A stretch of 64,000 bases of DNA from Lingula anatina. Taxonomy: Eukaryota > Animalia > Brachiopoda. The translations under genes were made by a program, and so were the position numbers. Below, one piece after another: positions 53,265 to 64,000 of the stretch. The DNA lies in contig CM120643.1 of the NCBI GenBank assembly GCA_051362555.1, positions 248,001 to 312,000 on the forward strand, written 5' to 3'. Under the pieces are notes generated by a model. That model had not been told where the DNA came from. It was given only the letters and a program-made list of their open reading frames with translations, and searched no databases. How positions within the stretch are numbered: the first letter of the stretch is position 1; every line of letters starts with the position of its first letter.

Positions 53265-53384
53265 GTGAACGACAGTGTCTCCAAGATGCCAACTCAAGAT
53301 GGCTGCCGACAGATATCAAGTATATCGACGCAAACATTGAGGAAATCTTTGTATTTCTGGCCAGGGCTGTACTATCCAGAGTGA
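53265..53384 (+). CDS. Terminal caspase exon
   Basis: VNDSVSK..RQISSISTQTLRKSLYFWPGLYYPE*, with TGA at 53382-53384. Confidence 0.9.
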   Translation: MNDSVSKMPTQDGCRQISSISTQTLRKSLYFWPGLYYPE

Positions 53385-56300
53385 ATTAAGGCAGTAGAAG
53401 TGGACATTCAGGTACAATTGCTATGTAGTATCCACCCTCATCTTCTGTTACCATGATGTTTCTATTGAGACTCAAGTAATCTAAATTTGATTACATGTTC
53501 ATTTTTCTCAACCTAGAGTTGCTATCAGTTAAAATCTATTTTAATTTGGTTTCAGTTGCATATAACCTGGAATAATATACTGTTATTGATAATCAGCATT
53601 TGCATTTAGTATAATTATGGCAAATAAAACCGTAAATTTACAAAGTTTGGAACACGGTTTAAGCACCGTATATAAAGAAGTAAGAGGCGTATTTCATGTT
53701 GTGCTTATTATGTTTTTTTTTTTTTTCAAACACTTAAAATCAAACGAAATGTGTGTCAGGTGTCTGGGTTAGTACTTACCAAAAATAGAGGTGTTCCGTT
53801 TTTGCTGCCTGTTTCTAATCTTCACATAGCTGTAATTTCTCAGGCTTTCATCCAGTTGCAAGTGCAAAACCTCTATTTACAATCATTCTCAACTACTGTG
53901 TCTGTTTTTTATAAAAGGCTCATGCTGTCTTGTTGTTATATGTTTATGGAGTAAGAACTTCACATAATGTGGTTGTATGAGCAAAAATGTTAATTGGCTT
54001 GGTAGTTGGACCATACATGATGATCATTCAGGACAAACTGGATTTGTTCTTCCTACCTTGAGCGGACCGCCTACAAATATCTTGTCCCCAATCAGCTAGG
54101 GTAAAGATAATTTCCCCCTAACAGCTTTACTAGGCGTGACAGACATTTAACCCGGTTAAGTTGATATCAATTTAGTGAGACTCCCCCGGGAGATAGATCA
54201 ATCCAAATATCTGTGGGAATGGTCCCTTAGAGAGTGGGTCTCATTTGCTTACATTTTGTTATAGCTAATTTCCCCAAAATAACAACATACTGAGACACCT
54301 ATTATATGCCCTTTCCTAAAATCATGAGGATATATGTAATTAGCTGTTCATATCACTTGGTGTCAATTATGTGATATACTTACTTGCTATATGTTTAGTG
54401 GTCCACCCTGTGTTTGCTAAATCATTGGTGTAACCAGGTAAATCTTTGATCAAATGTTTACTTTGAAATAAGTATTCTCTGCTGCCTTTTTATTTGTACA
54501 AGGCAAATGTTTTATGACTGAATTTTGAGCATATCACAACTTTTATATATCCTTGTAATATCCACTTGGATGAAGTTGTTTCTATAGTAGTCAGTATCTG
54601 TCATATTAAGGTACTGGTATATGAGATGAAAAAGTAAAATTTCATTTTGCTTCTTTTACAGAACCATCAACCAGTAACTTATAACTCTACAAAAAAAATA
54701 TATGATCCATCTCTTAAGAGGTAGAGAGAAATGTCAGGGCTTGGCATATCAAAACTGCCAGTGATTCTAATTATCTGCCATGCAGTGCATTTTTTGGGAA
54801 AGGAAAGAGAAAGCTTTTGATATACATGTATACATTTATTATGGCAAAAGTGCCTTCATACTTTTTAGAGGCTTTTTCCTGTCGACGTTGCAGAAATAAT
54901 ATCAAGAGTGCCAAAATGTTTTTTTTTTAATCTTTATAGCCAAACAGAAGCTAGTGGTGGCAGAGGTCAGGTAAAATATTTTGCTTGTCAAACACCAGTG
55001 AGCAGAGCATGCCTCCTACCTGAGATGCTCTGAATTTGCATATTAAAGTATCAAATTATTAAACAAAAATTCACAGACCTGCTGCTTAGCAGTGGATTGA
55101 AGCACCGCACCCCAATGGACATGGAAACTCAAGATCAGTGATATTGAAATAAAGTGGATAACCCAGCCTCTGAATGTGTATTTGCTATCCATTAGTTGCA
55201 AGTGTGAAATTGTCATGCACTGATGTCTGTGGTTTCAAAAATGGCACAAACAAAACTGAAAGGCGGAGGATTGTTATTGGATCAGAAGAAGAATAGAACA
55301 CTGAATCTAACTCTTATTTGTAAATAATATTTAAAAAATAACACAGAAAGTTATATTTTCACAGGTAAAACAAAACATAAAGGCCTTGCTCAGTGTGGGC
55401 TGAAATTTCTTTTAATGTGCTGTTGTTGTTGGACAATGGTGCAATTAATTACAATAAAAAGGCATTTTTTAATTAAACCTCTGCTATTAAAGATATAATA
55501 TACTTGAATAGAAATTTTTTTATAATTCTACAATGTAGTGCAATTATTTTTGAAATAACTTCTTGAGCACCGTGCAGTTACATAAACAGCTAACACAACC
55601 TCTAGGATCAAGGTTTGTAAACCCTACGCATGGATTTATATTATATTTATCTCTGTGAAATATGGATTCAGCTAATCTTCAAGTTATTAAATGTATTTTG
55701 GCACATCTTAGAAATTAAGTGCATTCAAACTTACAATACAGAACATACGTGATTTTACGACCACAATATAGTGTAGTAGTGTGAACTTGTGCGATTGTTG
55801 TAAAAGTGGCACGGTACACACGGGCTGTACAGCAGGTATTTTTGCCGTAAATTCATGCCATCTTTTAGCAAATGATTTCAATACACATATTTCTCAAATT
55901 TCTTTAACCTTTCTCTCAATATTGACATCGGTTTTAAAAACATTGGACGTATTTTTTATTGAAACTACGTGTGGGAATTTTCTATAAAATCTGCAAGCTT
56001 GGCGTGAAAATTCATTGTTTACATCGATTAGATGTACAGTGGTAGTGATAATTTTGTTTCCGTTGTACACCGGTGTAACAACGTTTGAAATGTTTTAATC
56101 CTTATCTTGTGAATAGAAAGGGGCGGGAAAACAATGGAGAGCCGTATAAATCCTTTCAAAATTCGAACGCACAAACACAATAGCTTAGGCGTTATAACAC
56201 AATACTTAAGACGAGTGAACCCCATGACGCCGGTTTCTGTGTCCAGCGCGAGCGCGACAATCCGCTGTAACTAGGTGTAATTAACAGCAGGATACATCAG

Positions 56301-56596
56301 CCAGAAGGTCCCCATTGTTTGTTGCGGCGATAGGATTATAGCTTTAAGAGGCTAGAACCCATGCTAACGCGTACCACGCGTAGCGAACTGTCTTTCTGTT
56401 CACTAGTTTGGCACGCACAGCTGATATGTTTTTAGTGTTGCTAACAAACTGCTACAATGTAAAAACAGTGTTTAGCTCTGAGACACATTTCTAAGCGCCT
56501 GTTTTGTCTCATTTTTTTCCACGCGTTTAGCACCTAATCACGTTTAGCCTATTAACATGTTACACGCTTTGACGTGCTTGACGTCTAATTAATGTA

Positions 56597-58575
56597 CACT
56601 GTAAAAACAGTGTTTAGCTCCTAAACACATTTCTAAGCGCCTGTTTTGTCTCACTTTTTCGACGCGTTTAGCTCCTAACATGCTTAGCTCCTTAACATGT
56701 TACACGCTTGAGTTTAGCAGTATGACGCGTTTGGCGGCTTATAAATGTAGGGTGTATTTGTTTAACTTTTGGGTTACAACTGTTTTGGTCGCGCTCACAC
56801 GCGCGCGCGCGCGCGCGCGCACACACACACACACGGTCACCTGTAACTGCTATAGTTATCTCTTTCTATAACAGGGTACCGTGAACTGTCAACATCGTTG
56901 ACTTCCCACTATCATCTTTACAGCTGGACTTATTTATCCTTGTGTTAGCTGACCTTGCGAGGAAGTTTATTGGAATGTATTTCTGAAAAGCAGGTTAGGA
57001 AAATTCACTAGTTCACTAAAGGCACGAAACAACTATCATTTTTACTTTAAAACACCTTTCTCCATATTTTGATAAAATGCGTTACGGTATTGATATCTAT
57101 TTATTATTTCCGAAAGTAATGAACAATAGAACATCAGGATGATGGTGGGGTATTCATTATAATACTTTATTTAAGCTTTCATCACATGCTGGTTATTTCG
57201 GTACCGATAGTCCGAATGTTCTACAATTCGCACCTCTCTAGTCGCCGACTAACCCCAAGCCCATTTTGGAATTAACCGCTAACTGTAGTTCAAACAGCAT
57301 AAGACGTGTTTTGGTTATTTATATAAAAATGTTTTCAAAACATTATATAATGTTTTTCCAGAATGTTATAAACACGCTGATAAAACTCCACAAAATGACA
57401 TTACATGTATCATAAAATTTTGTAGAAACGGTCTTCGAATCTTTTTACAAATTATAACGTTACTGTACATCATTAAAGCACCCATCACGTTACCATAATG
57501 TTCTTCTATACCATAACCAGCATGTAACCATCTGATAACGTCGTGAAAATGTTATTTGTTATTTGGATTATTACTTAAAGGTACATATGAACCGAGCATC
57601 GGTGGAGCGTGGGTTGCCAGTAACACATATAAACCCCTTCTACTAGATTCTTATACTACTCAAATAAAGGGACAAATTGAATAAATCACTCGATCAGCCA
57701 TAAAAGAGCTTTAGACTGCTCTTTAAATTTTTGGTCAGAAATTTAACCTACTTATGTGACCTACTTTTCTGCCCCATGTATATATAGGATAGTAAGCTAA
57801 CAGAAAAATCCATTCAAATATCATTTTTCAGGTAATATTAATCAATGACTTCTGGCAATTTTCTTAATTATACTTTTTGAAACTATATACTGGTATTTGG
57901 TTGGTTTTTGAGCAAAAAATTGACTTTGTATGCATCTTAAATAGGCCTATTTTAAATAAGCACGCGTTACTGCAAGGAAGGACACAAAGCGTTCGAGCAG
58001 ACTGCTCCACGCCTTCAACAGCTCCACACGTTTACAAGGGGAAGTGTTAGGCCAAATTGTTGAGCCTTGTAATAAACTTATGGGGCCGGTGAAACTAATC
58101 ACATAGCTAAAAGTGCGACACTTCTAAGAATGTTAAACATTTTTTATTTCTTCTGAAAAAAGCTTGAAAGGCTAAACTTGTTGTTCAGCTACCCTCTACC
58201 AGGGTGACAGATTGATTTTTCACAGATATTCACTGATATGTCTCTAGATAAATAGATAGTCAATTTGATCTGATGTCGCCTCAGCAAAAAATGTCCCCAA
58301 GAACTGCGGCCTTGGTAGAGGGTATTGTTCAGCAGCTCCACGCGTTTAGGAACTCCACACCTATAGCAGCTCCATGTGTTTAGCAGCCTCACGCGCTTAG
58401 CAGGGGAAGTGCTTAGCCAATGTGCTTAGCTTGTGATAGACTTATTATAGATCCATATACCGGTGAAGCTAAGCACATAGCTAAACGTGCTTAGCTTTTA
58501 CACATATTTCTAAATGCGTATAGGTGCTTAACGTATGTTGTATGTATTTAAATGCTAAGCACTGTTTTTACAGTG
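56597..58575. mobile_element. Non-autonomous CACTG-ended (CMC/EnSpm-like) DNA element; an extra copy of its left end lies at ~56455-56596
   Basis: TIR cactgtaaaaacagtg(t/c)ttagc at both ends, TA flanks, many subterminal gtttagc/gcttagc repeats. Confidence 0.75.
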
Positions 58576-59406
58576 TATTATATATCTGCCTATATTATGC
58601 AAATTTTAATGAAGCAATCACCATATATTTGTTGCACATCTTGTCAATTTTGTTAAATAAATATTTAACTTCTTTACTACAGATTTAGGTTGTTAACTAT
58701 GGTTTAAAATTCTGATATAAAGAAAATAACGCTCTGTTATAAAATTGCCTTTTTTCAAACTGAGATTTTATTTAAATTATTTATTCACCCAGAATTTTCA
58801 TCTTCGTTAAAGAAAACACAGGCAAACAGTCAATGTGGCGTAGTCAAGTAAAATGTTATATTAGATTGAGTAAATTTGGGACTAGCATAAATACCATATT
58901 TTTTTCAGATTAATTTTAATAGAAACGGACAGCTATTTGAATTCACACATACATGAATGTATTGAGCATTTGGCGAAATAATCAGCTAGACACCCCGTAA
59001 AACCTATACTGTACTTTCCACACTTTTCCTAGCTGTCTTTCCAAACGCGTTTTAAATAAAAGAAAAATTTTATTCCGATTTATTTACTTAGAAGATCAGC
59101 TGTTGCAAATGTTTATCCTTAAATGAAAATTTCTTTCAAGTCAGATATTCTATTAAAGATGACTATTAAGCATATTATTTGTCAAATTATTGTCTTTTAA
59201 CCTGTCAAGTACAATCATAGCCTTCCTTTCAAATATTATATGTTAAAATGGCTTAGATTGTTCAAAACAGATTTCCACGTGTCATTTATGTAAAATAGTC
59301 ATCTAGTCACCTGGCAACATGGACAATCGCCAGAGATGGAAATGACACGTTTCCTCGTGCACCAAACTCCCTCCCCGACCAACCTTAATATTCCTGGCGT
59401 ACCAAT

Positions 59407-59569
59407 ACTACACAGAGTGGAGGGGGGAGCTGTGATCATCAACAATGTCAGCTTTGACAATAACTATTACCCTGACAGAGAAGGCACAGAGGTGGATGTT
59501 GAACGTCTGGAAAGTTTATTTCAGCAACTACATTACCTAGTGTCCAGGCATGACGACATGACTGCTGGG
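59407..59569 (+). pseudogene. Orphan diverged duplicate of the caspase exon 49639-49812
   Basis: AVIINNVSFDNNYYPDREGTEVDVERLESLFQQLHYLVSRHDDMTAG|gt; 1-nt deletion in the G-run relative to the first copy and no homologous acceptor. Confidence 0.85.
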
Positions 59570-59756
59570 GTTTGTCTAATTTAAACGTTCACTTACATGT
59601 GGTCTGCCGCATATTTTAACCCTCAAAATAGAGTCGGTATAATGCCAGGGTTAAACTATGTGGAGGTACATGTAACATATTAACTCTTTCTGTCATTTAA
59701 TATATGATAAGGATGAAATCATTTGATTATATTTTCTTTGATTGTGTAAAAAAAAT

Positions 59757-59759
<3 letters not shown>

Positions 59760-59826
<67 letters not shown>
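59760..59826. repeat. (TA)n microsatellite
   Basis: Directly visible. Confidence 0.95.
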
Positions 59827-59831
<5 letters not shown>

Positions 59832-59832
<1 letters not shown>

Positions 59833-60981
59833 ATTGTTCGGGTATATATTCCGTAATGTCAGTCACACAATTCAATCTGTGGCACAAGAGTACAGGTACT
59901 TTTTTATTTTTCCCTGTGGATATTTTAAACTGGTACTCTCTTATTATGGCTTTGGCACATTGTATTATACAGTTTTCTCTTTCTGTTGACAATAAAAACA
60001 TATTAGGAATGCACTACATGAGACAATAGGGTCGGCCCTCCCCTGTCCAATGAACAGCAATCACTACAACGTTGCGACCAGCGCATCGTTCATGATGAAG
60101 TACCTGTTCATCTTCATATTTGTCCACACTGTAGCTCTCCTCTGTGATGACTATAAGAGAAACGCTTTGTTCATATCAAATTCAATCCACGAATTCACTA
60201 AAATTATACTGATAAATAAGTAAGTCCCAAAATGTGAGAATCTTCCCTAATGCATATCATCAGTTTCATGTCTTCGTCATTACAATAAAAATTAAAGGGA
60301 TAAGAACTCTTCGTATGAGGTCTATATTTCACAATAAAAACAGTATGAATAACTCATAGAAATATAATATATTCTGTTTACGACAAAAACAGCAGTTATA
60401 GTTATTATTTTTATATCTGAGCTTGTCTTCAGACCACGTGACCTCCATTGATGGCTATACTCTGTTATAACCTCTTAAGAGATTTTAACAAAAAACCAAA
60501 CTTTTTAGAAAAAAACAGGGACTAACTTTGAATGTAAAAATGGATTCATAAACCATTGGTAAGTATGGGAAAATTGTTGTTTTCTCCAGGAATATTCAGT
60601 TTTTGGCCAAAACGAAGAGTTATTATTTAAATACTAAGTGGATAAATATATAACAATAAACATTTGGTCAAATATCTATAACTAATAATAATGATCATGG
60701 TTAACACACAATAAAATGTTCATTATAATATATCATAGTGCATAGTGATTTTTAAAAAAGTCATAATATTTATCAAGACTTACAAATGTTATGTTAATTC
60801 CGTGCATCTCACACACTCTCAATAATAATGATACCTAGATCAGTGTCTGAAATCACTGAAGTAACAATAAGGAAGATTGAATCATAAAGTCATTAAAATG
60901 TTGTGATATTACACACACTTCTTATACCAAAAGTTTGCTCGCAAAGATCAATACATTCTGTTAACTATAGACACGTGTAGA
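59832..60981 (-). mobile_element. Diverged relic of the Gypsy internal 3' region (~28848-29720), interrupted by a MITE at 60296-60626
   Basis: Collinear similarity, e.g. cctgtccaatgaacagcaatcac..ctctcctctgtgatgac and catggttaacacacaataaaatgttcattat in both places. Confidence 0.85.
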
Positions 60982-61993
60982 AAGTTGTATTTCTTGTACT
61001 GTATTTCTGAAATTGTATGATATTGTGTATTTACAAGCTATGGAAAACAGCAGATTATTCTATAAAAACATGAAAAACGTCTTGTCTTTTGATTTGGTAA
61101 TTAATTTTCTATCACAAGAATTTCCAAATCCAAGTTGTCTTTTAACAATTAAATAGGTATATAATATCATTTTAACATTATTACTATTACTTACTTCTGA
61201 ATTATAATATTTGTACAAACTTAGTCTTTATTTCAAGTAGACTTGCATAGCTGCATATCTGATTTTGATTTTCTGTAGCAGTTATAAGCTGCATCCTATG
61301 ATCGCTCCATTAATTTAAGATTTTATCACGGTCTCGATCAGCTGTGAACACGTGTTATTTAACATCTCCATCATTACTGCGGTGTTTTAGTACGTTAATT
61401 TGTATTATAATTTGTACATTATGTGTATCAGCTAAGTCAACACAATGTCTTGATATAGATGGATCATGTCAACTTAATGACAAGTCGAATAATCAAAATA
61501 AATAAAGTTAACATAGCTTTATCACTAAGGGGTCTAAATGCAGTTTTAATGCAAGATGGGCATTGCTATTTGATAATTATTTCTAAAGCTGAATAAATTA
61601 CATTTGAAACAGTCCACCAAAGTTAGCTCCGTAGAGCTGATAACACATGGCTGCTGTGAGTTATGTTTCCTTTCTCCTGAAATCACATACTGAGGTTAAC
61701 TATACAATTAAAATGAATCAATAAAATAAAGATCGTCTAAATTAGCTAGCCAAATTTTGGTCGTCCATTATTATGCATAATAATTTAAATTAAACAACTA
61801 CTTTATTGGGTCATTTTCTCGTTTTTAATTTTAAACAAATTAATTTAAGTTCAATTTTACCGAGATTGGCACAGTCTTCCTAATTCAAATAATTCCGACA
61901 GTGTACATGTGAGTAGAAAGAGGTGTATCACAAAAAGGCATGATTACCATAAAAACACACCAATATCTAAGACGTTCAGAATGAAACCATTAA

Positions 61994-63448
61994 CTATTGT
62001 TCATTCTCAGTCTTCTTGCCATTGCTATGAATGGACACAACATGGATTCCGTTTCCTTTCACAGTAGTACACGTAATGGCAGCGATCTTCCCGTCGTCTG
62101 CTACTTTGATTTGTGAAAACATATCCGCCAGTTTCAGTCCGCTATCACAGTCCTGAAGTTCTTGAGTATCGGCCGTGTGCTCACTGTCTCCTGCTGCTGG
62201 CGAGTGCCATTTTGTCAGTTTTGTTGGACTTTTTATTTGACCGTCTTTTTCAACAGCTTGATGGACAGTCCAGAAGTCTGCACCAACCCACGCTCCTCCA
62301 AGTATAGCCTCTCCCTCTCCATGCAGACACTGGACATCATGGCCGCCCTGTGGGTCAATCAGGCTCAAGCAGTGGCGGCGGTCTTCCTCACGAACGGCGC
62401 TCACAGCTAACAACTTTGAATCCTTTCTGAACTCCAGCACACAGTGACGGGTAGGGAAGAAGTCTGTTGGCTTTAACTCGCGCGCAGAGGCCCTTGATAC
62501 GAGGACCCTGTGGCCACAGAGAACAAAACCGTCATCATTCCTTCTGAATATCAGTAACACGATGCTGGCGTTTTGATTCTTTTCCCGCTTTTCTCCTATG
62601 ACGGCGACGTAGTTGTCATCAGGAGATATCGCCACGGGGAACCGGTCCCCGTCTGGAATGTCCAGGCCTTTAAGGACTTCAAGTGATACTTCTGATTCCC
62701 TGATATCCAGCATTGTTTTTCTTTGGTCTGAAAACCCCAGTTTGCCGAATTCCGTGTCTAGAGTAAGAAAAATGTAGGATTGAGACAGGGTGGAGTTGAA
62801 TGGTAGTCCCTGAACAAGAGACATTTTATCAAAGTAAGTCGGTTTGGACACTGATAACTCCTTCCCACTTTCTTTGCTTTGGATAGTTTGTATACAAATT
62901 GTCCTGAAACACCCCTGGGTTGACCCGTTGTTCTCTGCACTACCAGCGATAATGACACTAGTGGTCCCTGCTACAACGCTGCTTCTGCGCGTGACACCGG
63001 TTGCGATAAATGTGACACTGTCCAAACGACAACTCTTCGTGTCATAAACCCCTCCAAAAATATCTCCGTCATCAGCCATTGAACAATTTCGCCCCTTATC
63101 TAGCAAAACAATCACCTTATCGTCTCTATTGGGTATGGGGATTGTGACGGGAGGGTAAAAGCACTGACCCTCACTGACCTTCAGATACTGTGTCGTGTTC
63201 TCCTGTACACTCCATCCATCCGGGGATGTCGGGAATGTGACGTCATCAGGGCACTGCGCGGTGGATGTGGTGAAAAGAAGGCCCCGCAGACTTTCCTTAT
63301 CCTGGTCCGCCATCTTGAAGTGCGATATTTGAGGCATGACGACCCTCTGGAAACTGGGCCCCTTGATGTCTATCTTCTGCACCAGAATCTGAGGCGGCTG
63401 CACGCCGGGAATGTATGTTGCCAAGGTTTGTACTCGTCTTGATTGAGA
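61994..63448 (-). CDS. Large terminal exon of an unrecognised ~500-aa protein, probably beta-propeller; possible first exon 63889-63836
   Basis: 476-aa open frame extending in frame to an acceptor tttttcag at 63449. Blade-like motifs VAISPDDNYVAV, LEFRKDSKLLAV, IKVADDGKIAAI. An upstream ATG exon MSILPCVDHEYELLARRT|gtaagg is phase-compatible. Confidence 0.75.
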   Translation of the reverse strand, partial: SQSRRVQTLATYIPGVQPPQILVQKIDIKGPSFQRVVMPQISHFKMADQDKESLRGLLFTTSTAQCPDDVTFPTSPDGWSVQENTTQYLKVSEGQCFYPPVTIPIPNRDDKVIVLLDKGRNCSMADDGDIFGGVYDTKSCRLDSVTFIATGVTRRSSVVAGTTSVIIAGSAENNGSTQGCFRTICIQTIQSKESGKELSVSKPTYFDKMSLVQGLPFNSTLSQSYIFLTLDTEFGKLGFSDQRKTMLDIRESEVSLEVLKGLDIPDGDRFPVAISPDDNYVAVIGEKREKNQNASIVLLIFRRNDDGFVLCGHRVLVSRASARELKPTDFFPTRHCVLEFRKDSKLLAVSAVREEDRRHCLSLIDPQGGHDVQCLHGEGEAILGGAWVGADFWTVHQAVEKDGQIKSPTKLTKWHSPAAGDSEHTADTQELQDCDSGLKLADMFSQIKVADDGKIAAITCTTVKGNGIHVVSIHSNGKKTENEQ

Positions 63449-64000
63449 CTGAAAAACAAGGTAATAATAATAATAATAATAATAATGGTGATGATGATGA
63501 TGATGATAACATATTCAACGAGTAGGTCTACTTTGAAAAACTAACGAAAACTAACTAAAAATCCTTGCTTACTTTTATTTAGTCTTTAATAATTTTTCAG
63601 TTAGCGAGCGATTTGTAGTTTTTATAGAGAGAGTGAATAAGTTTGTTAATACAGCCTTATTTCACAAATGAATGTTCTTGCAAGATACAGCGTTTTCCGT
63701 CCGTTGTGCAAATGAAATATACTGTCGCAAATGTTGGGCCCTTCAAAACGCAATCTACAGTCGCAACTAACACAATGTACAGACTGTGCCGCACAGTGCA
63801 GATTTACCCGATGTGCTGACAACCGTCTTCCTTACGGTTCTCCTCGCCAGCAGTTCATATTCATGATCGACGCAAGGTAATATTGACATCCGGGCATTAA
63901 AGAAGTGTTTTGTGGGATTATCGTTTCTTTCACAAAGCTTAATAATCTGAGTGTTACGTCTCAGACGGCCAAGGTAGATCAGCGAACGATTTTAATAGAT

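Larger units (their letters stand above)
27497..53384 (+). pseudogene. TIR-Roc-COR-caspase fusion gene, 14 coding exons, about 1060 aa; this copy is disrupted by one frameshift and one nonsense codon
   Basis: Exons 27497-27893, 38504-38731, 39566-39718, 41672-41713, 42095-42334, 42742-42866, 43697-44853, 44991-45032, 49356-49435, 49639-49812, 51494-51710, 52080-52184, 52463-52572, 53265-53384. All introns are GT-AG with matching phases. Summed length 3190 nt = 3n+1, matching a single frameshift near 44240. Confidence 0.8.

Noticed and set aside
49356-53384. Caspase as an independent gene
   Set aside because: No start codon, prodomain or promoter-like exon was found between 45033 and 49355 (mostly transposon), and the splice phase matches the upstream COR linker exon. 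Not fully excluded without RNA data.

Overview
AT-rich, intron-rich eukaryotic DNA that looks like an invertebrate animal genome. From left to right: (1) the last 12 exons of a + strand SVEP1-like sushi/EGF/cysteine-repeat protein ending in -SKDEL* (1-6366); (2) a 4-exon RGK-family (Rem/Rad/Gem) GTPase on the - strand (7275-9887); (3) an intergenic zone of MITEs, mini- and microsatellites and a LINE remnant; (4) the main finding, a 14-coding-exon + strand gene (27497-53384, about 1060 aa). Spliced by hand with matching GT-AG phases, it encodes TIR - Roc GTPase - COR - caspase (caspase-2-like) in one polypeptide. This copy has a frameshift in COR (~44240) and a TAG straight after the catalytic Cys (51704). 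It is preceded by a tandemly duplicated promoter/first-exon unit with kB/IRF/AP-1/CRE-like sites. Its introns hold a very young full-length chromodomain Ty3/Gypsy element (27930-36915) and several DNA transposons; (5) an orphan duplicate caspase exon, a CACTG-ended DNA element and a relic of the Gypsy internal region; (6) a - strand gene for an unrecognised, probably beta-propeller, protein (61994-63889). All gene models are manual translations and splice calls; no database searches were run.
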